Assembly: GCA_020536535.1 (NCBI GenBank)
Contig: JAHLWZ010000837.1
Location: forward strand, 23,986-87,985
DNA from: Pelomyxa schiedti
Lineage: Eukaryota; Protista; Evosea
DNA: 64,000 nt
Reading direction: 5' to 3'
The notes below the pieces were generated by a model, which was not told the DNA's origin, searched no databases, and was given only the letters and a program-made list of their open reading frames with translations. This document shows positions 1 through 19,600 of the stretch, one piece after another (positions within the stretch are counted from its first letter, which is position 1; every line of letters begins with the position of its first letter). The position numbers and the translations under genes were made by a program.

Positions 1-7385
<7,385 letters not shown>

Positions 7386-7601
7386 GCACAAAAACCACTC
7401 CCAATCTTCCCTCAGTAGTGCATGTATACACACCAAGAGACTGTACCGGCAGGAATTCCATCACCACCACACCCAACACACAGACTATCTGTTCCTATTT
7501 GAAAAAACAGGAAAGACTATGCACCACTTTTCTCGTAATCTGCCAGTGAGGCAGATTGTCCAATCGATTACCGAACTGAAGAAAAAAAAACCAACCGCCG
7601 C

Positions 7602-9210
7602 ATGAGTGGGCACACACCACGAGACCGGTCGTTGTTCAAGACAGGAGAATACCTCTACGAACTGTCGCCCAACCAGAGGGACCGCAGAAAAGAGGCAGCA
7701 GCACTGCACCGTGAGAAAACACTCGAAGAAAGTGAAGACCCAGAGGTCGTTGCGGTGCGCGAGCCGCTGCGGCGGGTTCCCCCAGAGTGGATCAAAGTGC
7801 GACCGCGACCCACGGCTGCCGACAACAAACACTATGACCGTGAAATCGTGGCAGTCAAGTCGAAAGGACTTGACAAAGTGGTGTTTCAGGCCGCCTGTAT
7901 AATTTCCACGTGGTACAGCGGCAGGAGCGCAGACATCGAGGTGGCTTTCCTGGGGTGACCTTCATTCTTTTCTTTTCTTTTTTACACCCACAGTGGCCGA
8001 CCTAACGTCGCGTTCTTGTTGGATAGACACCCGCAGAATAGCTTGAGAAGCAGTGTACCTTTGAATTGTATTTTCGACATTGCCGCCCCCAAAAGTATTA
8101 CCGAAATTTTTGATCCAGAGGTTGTAACAAAGTGGTTTGGAATTTCACTGCTGCTTGGTGTGCAACAGGGGAAATCTCACCTAATGCTGCCTGTCCCCTT
8201 GATAACTGCAATTGCTTCATATGCTGCTCGTATGTTACTGATTCCCATTCAATTTTCACTTTCTAAGGTATGACACACTCACATTCCCATTTCTCATGCA
8301 TGAGAACAGCTTGGTCGTGATACACCACTGCCAACCCGTCTTATACAAATTGCAGCTATGGAAGCTGAGTGGCCACATTGGCGAGACTGGTCGCAGTGCA
8401 CGTGGACAATGCAACCCAGAGCATTTCCAACGATGCGGGAAATCGTAGGTTTCATCAATTCTGTAATTGCACCAAATTTCAGTTTCTCCTATTGTGATAG
8501 CGAACATGCTATGCTGTACTGTCAACACGCAGTTGAGGTTTCTTTTGGGGGCTTGGATCCACTGGTTTTGCAAAAGTACTACAGAGCATGTGTATCGGGA
8601 GAGCTCGTTCTTTCGTCTAAAATATCTGGCTTGTTCAGCTCATATGGTGTGTGCTTTGGCCCACAAGCGACAACAGTTGTCCGGAAAGATGAGAGGAATA
8701 CTACTACACAGGTATGCGACCTTCGGATTGGAGACCAAGTGGCCACAGGTTTCGCACCCTCCCCTTTTGCAACTGTATTGTGTATATGGAGGTTGTTCTT
8801 GCTCAAATTTCTACTCTTTTCTCAACTTCTCTAGGTGTATTTTAACAAGACCTACACCTATTTATTCTCTGCGAGGAGATGAAGGAACAAGGCTACAAAT
8901 CACTCTTGATCATCCCATCAATACTGATGGCAAGTGGTGCCTTCCTTCAATCCGCACGCTATCGTCTAGCTCGCAAGCCGCTCCAGAAAAGCAACACCTT
9001 TTCCCTGGCTCCAGCGTATACAACGTAGTGCTGGGTGGAGCCACCAAAACCATGCTTGTTGGAGGAGTGAAGTGCTGCACTCTGGGCATGCCTGTACCAA
9101 ACCACCGCGACTCCTTCTGGGGTACAAACAAAGTGATTGACTGGCTCCAGAAGCTCCCCACCTACCCCTACGTTGTTTCCATCAAGGACAAAGAAACAGG
9201 CAAAAACTGA
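7602..9210 (+). CDS. Protein with an unknown N-terminal region and a C-terminal Vint-type Hint (intein-like) domain
   Basis: Four ORF segments join through short introns (last 8792-8834). Hint motifs: GV|CF at 8652, VCDLRIGDQV, ITLDHPI (TxxH), VYNVVL, MLVGGVKCCTLG, FWGTNKVIDWL. Confidence 0.8.
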
Positions 9211-9376
9211 ACTCTGCCCCCCTCATTCGACGCGTGAATTTCGTTTGATAACGTAACACCCTGCTGAGGAGAATCTGACCGATTGGCAGATTAACGGATC
9301 CAAGTTGGTCCGAAAAAAACAAAAGGGGAGTCATCAAACACCATCACACTTCGCGTTAAGGACCGTTGTATTGCGT

Positions 9377-10309
9377 ATGGGAGAGGCTCTAGAGTGCAAA
9401 ATATGTTTCAATGAATACGACCTAAACCAGAGGGTTCCGAAGTACGTTCGTTGTTCAATGAATTTTTTTTTGTTCTGTTCTTACCATGGGGTGTTGTTTA
9501 TATGCAACTGTTGCACGGCTTACAAAACAAAAAGGGTTTTGAACTGCATGCACACATTCTGTGACGAGTGCATGGAGCACCTAATAAACGACGCTGTGAT
9601 GAAGAATTCACTTCAGATATTGTGCCCTGTTGACAGGACACCAACGCCAATCAACACCCCACTGCGAAAGAACTACGCACTTATGGACGTAATACAACAA
9701 CAGCAACCCAAGTCGTCACCATCACCATCATCCTCCACATCACTAATGACTGGTTCACAAATGATGTCTACCTCAGTCCCTCCATACTCCTCCTCCTCCT
9801 CCTCCTTCCACTCGCCGCCACCCTCCTCCTCTTCCTATATCAGTAACACAAACCCCTATGTAAGCTCCTCTGTCATTTCATATCCCCCTCGTTCTCCAAC
9901 CACACCATCACAGCACCCACAGCAGCAGCAGCAGCCGCAGCCGACAAAGTACTATTACCAACAACCCCCCACATTCCCACCCACTAACAACACCAACCAA
10001 TGGCCACCATACCAACAACCGGCACAATCATACCCCCCTCCTCCTTCTCCTTACTCTGGGTATCCTCCTCCACCTCAACAGATGTACCAAAGTACTCCAG
10101 TGTATCCTGGATACCAGCAATATCCCCCATATCCTCCCCCTCCAACATCATATTACTACCCCCCTCCCTCAGGCTCACCATACCCACCTCAATACCCTCC
10201 TCCCCCACCTCAGCAGATGTACCAAAATACTCAGTATGCACATAACAATGCGGGAATGGAATGGGCTACAACACCCTTGGGCCATTTGGGCCAAAGTGGA
10301 TTTTTGTAA
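9377..10309 (+). CDS. RING-finger E3 ligase with a Pro/Tyr/Gln-rich tail
   Basis: LECKICFNEY..RVPK/VLNCMHTFCDECM..ILCPVDR; one intron about 9443-9534; YPPPPQQMYQ repeats. Confidence 0.85.
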   Translation: MGEALECKICFNEYDLNQRVPKYVRCSMNFFLFCSYHGVLFICNCCTAYKTKRVLNCMHTFCDECMEHLINDAVMKNSLQILCPVDRTPTPINTPLRKNYALMDVIQQQQPKSSPSPSSSTSLMTGSQMMSTSVPPYSSSSSSFHSPPPSSSSYISNTNPYVSSSVISYPPRSPTTPSQHPQQQQQPQPTKYYYQQPPTFPPTNNTNQWPPYQQPAQSYPPPPSPYSGYPPPPQQMYQSTPVYPGYQQYPPYPPPPTSYYYPPPSGSPYPPQYPPPPPQQMYQNTQYAHNNAGMEWATTPLGHLGQSGFL

Positions 10310-10332
10310 TACAAAATATAGTAGTGTTTGTT

Positions 10333-11846
10333 TCAGGGTAACTTGTGTGGTTTTTTGGTTGGGTCTTCCATAATCACTACCTGTTCGTTTTCATAAGTAA
10401 TACACAAGGGAGTCATTTACCTCTTCTTGTTCAAGGAAGTCATCCAGCCTATCCTCCTCTAATAATGCGGACGGACGGTGCGATTTCGTGTAATAAAATG
10501 AAGATATTGTATTCACGTCCAGGTTGAAGTGTTCAGCAGCCAGAGCCTTAAAGGATATCAAGGTTACAAAAAAACCACTAGGTACAATGGCCAAACCAGT
10601 AGCTGAGCACCTGTGGAATATTTACTCATCTTGACTTTCCATGTAGTATTGTGGTATGTTATCTTGACGATTTTTGGTCTAAGTTCTAGCATGAGAGAGC
10701 TAGAGAAGTATCCTACTCTTCTGATCACTCTTCTGCAAATTGATGGGCCTCCGCCATGCCTGACGCATCTTAGTGGATCGGTGAAATGGTTCACGATAAA
10801 TAAAAAGGTATCAAACCAGATGTGTAGCATTTCCCAGGCTTGTGGTGTTACGATAACATAGTCGACACCATCCATTTTGGATGAAATAATATCGTTTTCC
10901 TCATCCAGTAGACGGTTGTTATCGATGAGTCCAACAGGGGCAGAATTAGCAGAGGCCTTTAACTGGCAATGTGCTAGCCAATTAGCGTACCACGTGCAAG
11001 AAATTAAATATCTGTCCGCATTCTGGACCATTGCAGGCACTTCTCTTTGTGCAAAGGAAAAAAGAGTATACTAGGAATATCTTCAGTTAAAAAAAGTAGC
11101 TAAACAGTTCACAGACCTGTTCGGGAAACGAAGGATGGCAATCAAAAAATAAAATATCCTGAATCACAGCAGTGGGGAGAGATGACAAGAGGCTGCCACA
11201 TCCAAGTCTGGCGTGAAGTGAACAAGTGAAACTCAGGTGACGCCTCCTCACCCTTAACATAGCCATTACAATCAATTCAATGCATACATTACTATTAGAA
11301 TAAAAACACCACCATGAGTACAAAAAAAAAAAAAAAAGGGTGGAAACGAAAGAAAAACCAACAACCAATAACCTAGACTCTAATTGATGATAAGTAAGAA
11401 TATAGAGTACGGGCAACACAAAACCATTGGAGCCAAGTAGGGTGCCCAAACCAGGGTGAATTTCCACTCACCTGAAGCACATCGAATGCATTTATCAGAG
11501 GAGTGGGCGGGGGCGACGGGCTGCGCGACGACGACGTGAACGAGTCCGACGTGGACGCGTACGAGGACGAGGACAAAGAATCCGAGTCTTCCTCGTCCTC
11601 GTGCTCGCGGGGGGCGAAGGTGCTGGGCACGTGGGGCTGGTTGGGGCGCCGGAGGAGGGGCCGCGGGACGTGGAGGCGCCGCGGCGGCGGGTGGACGGAG
11701 GAGGAGTAGAGGGCGCTGGCTTCGTCGGGGTCCCCGGAGGAGGCCGTGAACAGCGCCGCTAGTTGCCCGTCCCCCAGAGCCCCAACGTCTTCCCCGCACA
11801 GTTCCCGTAGCCGCCGCACAAAGTCGTCAAACTCGGCGTCACCCAT
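10333..11846 (-). CDS. UBA/CUE-like + F-box-like + DUSP + UBL-like protein with no USP catalytic domain
   Basis: DUSP motifs YLISCTWYANW..VGLIDNNRLL..GVDYVIVTPQAWEMLHIW/HGGGPSICRRVI..LELRP; UBL-like segments follow; spliced end VVIMEDPTKKPHKLP* at 10333. Confidence 0.72.
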
Positions 11847-11938
11847 TTCCCGAGGCAGCCGGCGCAAAAATCCAACAAAGAAAATTCAAAAACAACAACC
11901 GTAGGGAAACGAACCGGCACACAACCACCAACGACCGA

Positions 11939-13478
11939 ATGAGGGGGCATCACAACAACAACACAGGCGGTAGTTCGAAGCCAACCGGAGGCCTCGTAGT
12001 ACTCGACGAGCCCGCGGTGCGCTCGGCCCTCGCTGCGCTCTCCAGCCCCGACGACCCCACCAACTGGCTGCTCTTCACCTACCAACACCAGCAGGCCCAC
12101 GCCACGACGGCCCCTAGCTCCTCCTCGCCTTCTGCCTCTGCGGCGGCAGCAGCAGCAGCAGCAGACGCCCCGGACAGCCCCAGCACCCTGCGGGGGTGGG
12201 AGAAGGAGGTGGGCACGGGGGGCGGGGGCGGCGGCACCGGTGGCCGCGCGGTGGCGATGGCGGGGCGCGGCAGCGGGGGCGTGGAGGAGCTCTGCGGGCG
12301 CCTGGCCGATGACATGGTGGGGTTCGCCGTGATCCTGCTCAAGATCGGCCACGACGCCTATGTAAACGAGAAGATAGTTCTGGTCACTTGGGCTGGTACT
12401 GCTGTTCCTGGAGGTTGGTTCATTTCCTGAAGTTTTTTTTTTGTTTTGTTTTGTTTTGTTTTGATCAAGGCTGTGACTGTAGGGAGGGTTTGGTTCTTTG
12501 TTCTTAATGGATTTTGATTTAGGGCTTGTTAAGGCGAGACTGGGGTTTGACGCTCCGCAATTGGTCGAGTTCCTGAGCAAGTCCATCATTGTTGCTGGTG
12601 AGGCTTATGCTGAAAACTATGAACAACTATCTTATAATGCCCTTGCTTTGAAAGTCTGCAGTGCTCGTACCGAGTCTGGCTCCAAAGCTGATAAAGTCAA
12701 TCAAGTAAGTGAAAGTCAGTGCTGTACCTAGTTTAATATTTTTTCAGCCCCTAAGGCGATCTGCAACTGGTCGTGAGGGCTCTATTAAAAAATCTACTCT
12801 CGTCATTGCTGATTCTTGTATTGACTCAGTGAAATCTGTTTTCCTAAAACAGCAGAGATGGTGCGATTTTTACCACTTTACTACTCAAATTAGTGCTTAA
12901 TCATAATTTGACTTTATCAGTATCTCATGGGAGCATTGAATAATTGTAATGTACCTACTTGTAGGGTGTTGTTAGGGTACTCTAAAACAACCAAAGACCT
13001 TGTTGAACCTATTGCAAGTGGAAATGGTGGCATTGAAGAGATTATTGCTCAGTTTACTCCTGATCGAGTTGGCTATTGCATTTACTGTTTCAAGGTACTA
13101 CTTCAACTTTCCTACTGATTCAAATGGGCCTTGATATCTTGGTTCAGCTATGGCAGCATAGCACCAAGCTAAATTGAGAGCCGTTTGCATATCGCACTAT
13201 CTTGTGCACATTTCTGATGTGTACCAGGTGAAGCAACCTGGAGTTGTAGAACTGGCTGATAAATTTGCATTCCTCACCCTAATTGGAGAAGAGGTACCTC
13301 CACTACAAAAGTCAAGGAGCACAGGACATAGACAAGGCAAGTTTCCAACAGGTTACAACAGTTCTGAACACATCTAGATTTGATTGAATGTGTTGAAAAG
13401 TTGATTCCTCTGCATCTTATTTTCCAGCCTTCTATGGAACAAATGACCGACAAAATCCTGATAGCCCGTTGCTCTTGA
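11939..13478 (+). CDS. Tandem ADF-H (coactosin/drebrin-like) actin-binding protein
   Basis: Two ADF-H units: NWLLFTY..GSGGVEEL..KIVLVTWAG and RWVLLGY..SGNGGIEEI..KFAFLTLIGEEVPPLQKSR; GC-AG intron 13337-13377. Confidence 0.85.
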
Positions 13479-13698
13479 CAACCCGCCAGCGTCCCTATTT
13501 GATCTAAAAAGAATCGATTCTGTATTTTTTGTTTCCACCTACATCAGGCTAAGTTTCTTTTCTATCCGCCGAGACAAGTTGTCTCTGAGGAAGCTCACAA
13601 GAAAAGAGGAAAAAAAACCCAAACAAGCGAAACAGGAAAAAAGGCCTCCTTTTGGTGCCAAACACAACACGCACGCTTGTGTCGCAACAACGTCGGAA

Positions 13699-16600
13699 AT
13701 GGATGCGGTGACGGGCAACAGTGATCATGCACATCAGAACACTGATCTCTCCAGTCCCCAGTCTCACTCTCAGTCCGCCGCTCCTCCCGCCGAGACGACG
13801 ACCCCGCGCCTTGTGTCCCATAATCACCAGATGGCCGACCCCCCCTCGCCCCAGCCCCAGTCCTGCCGAAACCCACAATTCCCTCTGCGTGCCGACGCCC
13901 CCTGCACGACGTCCACCTCTACCTCGGGCTCGGCGCCTCGGTTCGGGGGGGGTTGTTGCGCCGACGCGGACGCCGACGTCGCGCCGCCGCCGCCGCCGCC
14001 GCCGCGCGGGATCTCGTCCACGGGAGGCGACGCCGACGTAGCCGTGTGCGACGCCGACGCTGGCGATGGGGCCGCCATGCCGAAGCAGCATACCCACCAC
14101 CAAGTTGGCGACCAGGCGACGGCGGCGGCGTCGGCTTTTGGCGGGCTGGCGACGGGGCTTGGCGGCGTCTGTTGGAGCCAACAACAACCGCCGCCGTGCG
14201 ACGCCGAAATGTCCACCAGCGGCATCGGCATCGGCAACGGCATCGGCAGAATCTACAACAGCAGCAACGCCGAAGAAGGCAGCACGCAGTCGGCCGAGGA
14301 CCCGGCGGCGACGTCCGCGACGGCGACCGCTACAGCCACGAGCAACAACGTCGCCAGGGGAGGAGGAGGACCAGGGAAGATTGGAGGTGGTTCTAGGAAC
14401 AACGGCAACAGGTCGGCAGCAGGGACGAATTCTGCTGGGGCGGGGGGGAGGGGCAAGTCGGCCGCGGTGAGTGGAGGGGAGAGGGACAAGGGGGAAAAGT
14501 ACAGCAGAGGCAAGGAAAGGGACAAGGAAAGGGACAAGGACAGGGAAAGGGACAGGGACAGGGACAGGGACGGCAAGGAATCGGACAAGGAGAAGGAGTG
14601 GTTACAGCAGTCGGCGGACGGTGGTGGCGCCCACTCACGCAGTCACACACACCCCCACACAGTGGTGGGAAGTGAGTCAAGCAAAGGAAAGAAGGACGGC
14701 CCAACCCGGGTCGCTGATGACTCTGGAACTGCTGGAAAGAGATCCTTTGTGAGGGTAAGAGACTGGAGCCCGCAGGAGAAGGCTTCTCGGAGAGACTGCG
14801 ATAATATCTCATCTGGAAGTATGGGCTCTAGGAGTATGAAGGAATACCCTCGAGCTATGATGGGTGCTGCCCCCTATGAAAAGGGCGAAATGGTTGGGAT
14901 GGGCATGTATGTTGGAAGGTACGGTGTTGGGAAGGCATGGGCTGCAGCTGCACTCCGAAGACAGCAATTCCAGTTGGAACAATTTCGGCTATTGCAAATG
15001 CAACAACACCACATGCACATGCCGCATTTGCCACACCACCACAAGAGGAGCCGGAGTAGGGACAGGGACCACGACAGAGACTCGGCAATCTCACATAGGG
15101 AGGTCAGCTCGAGTGTGGCCAACGGAATGAGATCAAAAGACAAAGACAAGTCCGCATCATCAAGAAGCTTGCATGAACATGAGAGAGGCACCACTCAACG
15201 ATCCACAGGTGGAAGAGTGGGCAGTGAAAAGAATCACAAAGAAAGTATAGGGGGTGAGAAAAACGGAGGGAATGTGTGTACTTTAAGAGGAGAACGGTTA
15301 GATGGTTCACGGGAAAGGGAGAATAGAGAAAACTCAGCTGACGCAATGATGGAGAGCAAGCACACAAATAAAGATAAAGACTCCTACCCAGACGCAAACG
15401 TCAAAATGAGTGGCAGGTATTCGTTCTATATCAAGGTCAATAAATAGAGTACGACAGGGAGTGGGTGGAGTTGAGGCAAAAATACTGAACTTTTTTATTC
15501 AAGTGGCCATATGGGGAATACAACCTCCCCCCAATTACGTGTTCTACCATACCCTGCTCCACCATCTCCAAAACCAGTAACTGGTACACAAATCTGGGTT
15601 TCCCATAATAAATAAAAAGTAACTCTTAGTAGATAAAAGCTCATCCTCACAATTGAAGCAAGTAAATCCCAACCAGCAATTAATGAGTGACGTGCCTACT
15701 CAAGCCATAAGTAATTTTGCCACTCAAAGCAGGTATGTGAAAATCAAATATCTGCCATATTAATCCCTTATCTCCAGTGCGGCCTTAAGTTCATTTTCAG
15801 TCCTATCAAAGCAATACTTGGCAGATGAAAGTGTGGATGACCCTATTGGTTACATATCTATACTAATAGACCAAATTAACCCACAACAGGTTTCCCTAGT
15901 AACGCACAGCAAAGGTCTTTAGGGGGTTGCCCTACCAAGCTTGAGTGCCAATTTGGAGATAACAGCACATCAGTACAGGACATAAATTCACAGATACATC
16001 TGAGTCAGAGTGGAATCCAAGACTCATCTGGGGATGGGGAATTACCAAGCGAGATTAGGAGAAGAAGTACCAGCAGGGATGAAAAAATCGCCAAGAGTGA
16101 TGAAAATCCAGCAAGAAAGGCAACTGCACAGGACAAGATCTTCAATTTTGAGAGTGCACAAAAAGAGGACGAACCAAAGTTTGCTCCTAGTGCTCCAACA
16201 ATCAGAGATACTCAAGTAAAGCACACCCATAATCGTGTGCAGAGCAGAAGTACAAGCAGAACAAAGAAGAAACCAAGAAGCCGAACTTCAAGCCCGACCA
16301 CAGACTTGAGGAAATTGGCAAAGACCCCAGTCAAAGGGGCTTCAGGACACACCTACAGAGGGAGGAGCAGAAGTAAAAGTAGTGGGAGAAGTGTTAGTAA
16401 AAGCGGGAGTAGAAGCCGGAGTAGGGGAAGAAAGGAAACAAGCCGAAGTAAGTACTGGGATAGAGGTGAAAAAAAATCCCGATACAGCAGAAGTAATAGT
16501 AGAGGCAGTAATCAGCACCTTCCATCAAAGAAATCCCTTGCATCAAGATGGAGTGGTAGTAGGGAGAGAAGTTTAAGCAGAAGTAAGAGCAAGGGGAGAC

Positions 16601-19600
16601 GGCTAAGTGGCAGAAAGAGCTTGAGTGCCAGTAGGAGTCGAAGTAGAAGCCCCAGTCAAATACGAAGCAGGAGTAGAAATAGAGGCAGTACAGAAAGTAA
16701 TAGAGGCAGACGAAAGAGATCCAAGAGTGGAAGTAGAGAAACACCTCCCAGAACTCACAGTAGAGGTAGAAGTAAAAACCGGAGTCTTATAGGCCACTCA
16801 ACCCGAGGTTATGGTAAAGGAACATCAGTGAAAGGGAAAGGAGACAATCTAAGAAGCAACATTAAAAGTTTCAATGTGGATCCTGGAAAGAGTACCGAAA
16901 GGAAGGGCAAGCAAAATGATTCAGGTATTACAGGTGCAGAGCACAGTGTTCTTGATCCCTGTGCAGTCAGTTTGATGAGAAGTTACCAGAATCTCGAGGG
17001 CGCACAATCAACACTATTATCAGAGGAGGACACCAGCATGCAAGAGCAAACAGACAGCATAACAGGTTTTTCTTTCCATTTTCTGTGTAGCCTTAATTTT
17101 TTTGGTAGGGAGGCTGTCTGCCCTTGTGGGGATGTCTAACGGCGTTTCTTTACTTGGCACTGGCTGTGGTGTTAATGTTGGACGTGGAATTATACCTGCC
17201 GTCCTCAGCCCTGGAATGATCCTCGGAGGCGTTTTGAATCCAGGCACGGTGGGAACCGTTTTCAGTGGGAACTCTGTTATTGGAAATGGTGTTCTGGGAG
17301 GCAATGTAATTGGAGCTTCGCCTATTGGTGTTTTGGGTGCTACTGGAGTAGGATATAGTCCAGTACCACAACTTATAGACATCTCCAGTGTTTCACCTGA
17401 GGTTTTACTTCAACATGAACAGTCTCCAGTGACACCATCTTGTTCAAATGAAGAAAAAGACTCAGGATACCTTGTATCAAGTATCTTCTTCTATACTTGT
17501 GTCTACTTCTAACTCTGGCTTAGGTGAACAGCCTTTCTTGTTGCCGGGTTACAACTTGGAACCAAACTCGGGTGCAATTACCTGTCCCTCTGAAGAAATG
17601 GGTACTAACCCAGAGGATATAACGTAATTTCCATACTCAAACTGCCCTCTGTGATATCATTTTAGGGATATCCCGTGCTCTCCTATGTCGCCATCAATAA
17701 ATACAGTCCTTAGTTCCCCTCTTCTCGAAACAGCCAATCACGCACCTGCACCCGCAGACCTGACCCCTCCATCACCAAATGCACAGCTACCCATAGTCGA
17801 AGGAACCTGCTCTACAACACCTGAGCGTACCGCCATTTCAGAATCAATCACCCTCGAGAAACTAGAGACACTTCTTCAAGGTTCATCAGACCAAATAGGT
17901 TCCTCAACTGAGATGTTTATTGTTAGCCTAAATCTGAATACAGCAAGTGCAATGACAAAAGATGAAATCCTTCAAGCTTTGGATATACTTGATACCGAAA
18001 TAACATCTGTTGAGGCCCAACTGCAGGTACTTGGAAAAAAATCCACAGCAGAGGCTCTCAATCTGAGAAGCGACCCGTTATCCGCCATCTCTGCCGTTAA
18101 AGAGCCATGTGCACACAAAGACCACAAGGAGAAATGTACATTGAGTAGGGAGAATACAACAATTACCACATCAAGACAGAGTTGTGATTCTAAATGGAAA
18201 GAGTTTGATGATACAAATATATCCTCAGCATACCTCACAAATCTTGTGAGCAATTTGATTTCCAGAAATCGTCTGAAAATTCAAGACCAAAAAGTGTGTT
18301 TCTGTGGTAAAAAGCCACCATTAATATGAAATAGGACAAACTCTTTTATACAAGCACTTCTTCCTCCTTGAGATCTTTTGATGTGCCAGAGGGACCTTCA
18401 TTTCTTACAGTAAAGGACTTCTTAAGAACGGTCCACTGCAAGCAAGATGCCAGCAAGCTAAAACTAACTGCTAAATATAACTCATTGCAAGAAAAATGGC
18501 TATTTGAAGTTTGTGCACTTCAAGATATCAAATTTTAACTCCAAATTTCAGGTCAATAAAAGACTTGAACTCCTACGGCAGTCACCAAGCTTAAGGAGCC
18601 ACGGCTGCTTGAATGTCTCTTCCAATATTTCAGCTACAGCTGGACAAGTGCCCTCTGTTGCTCCAAATACAGCATCTGTGCAGTCACAGGTGTTACCTGC
18701 ACTCCCTCCTACTACAGTTGCTTCTGGTGGCCCTCGTGACCCTCAACAAGTAGAACAAGACGCAATTGCCCGTTTCCAGCGATTGCAGGCACCTATACCG
18801 GAACTCTTATCATTATCCTTCTGGCCTCTTCGATGCCCAGCATTTGTTGACAACAATAGGTAAAGATAAAGTCTTTGCTCGGCTCACCTCTACAAAGGCT
18901 TATGGAAAATCCCTTGGATGAAGAAAAGGAGAGAAAAAGTAAGGATAACTGGACAGATGAAGAGAAGTCCCGCTTTGTTACTAAGTACGCCTATTCATCC
19001 TTCACAAGAAATATCATGTCAACACACCATTCAGATTCATTCAGCACCCCAAAGGGTTTCCAGAGATTGCAAAAGCACTGCACCGAACAACTGGCGAGGT
19101 TGTGGCGTTCTACTATTTGCATCGCCAGGAGCTTAAGTTGCAAACTATTGTTCGCAAGTCAAACACCAAGAAGCGTTCACGTAACAAGGTTGGGTTGTCC
19201 TCTTTTTTACTTCAATTTAAGCTGTCACAGGAGACTCAAGACAGTTATGTTCCTCAAGCAAATGTGAGAGACAATTCTGCTGCAATATACACTACCATGG
19301 CTGAAGGTACACTGGTTCTTTTCCTCCCGATTTTTGAGACATTATCTTAGTTGACACGGAATGGACACAGCATGAGCAAAAACAATTTATTGATGGGCTT
19401 CGTCAGTATGGGAAAGATTGGTCTTCGATCTCTTGCCTTCTCTCATGCACCAAGTCAAGCCGACATTGCCAAGCCTATTACACTGCAAACAGAAGAAAAC
19501 TATCCCTAGATTCATATCTTCCACGTGATCCAAAAAAAGTACCCTTTTGGGAAATGAATCTCACTGAACTTTGTTAGGTGCCACCTCGCCGTGATCGTAC

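Noticed and set aside
10408-10494. Plus-strand exon ending in CaaX-like CDFV for the RING gene
   Set aside because: The sequence is better explained as a minus-strand exon of the DUSP gene; the RING ORF stops at 10309
15601-15608. Third TCCCATAA element
   Set aside because: It lies in an intron of the SANT gene, lacks the GGGGGTA element, and the position 61 nt downstream is an open coding exon
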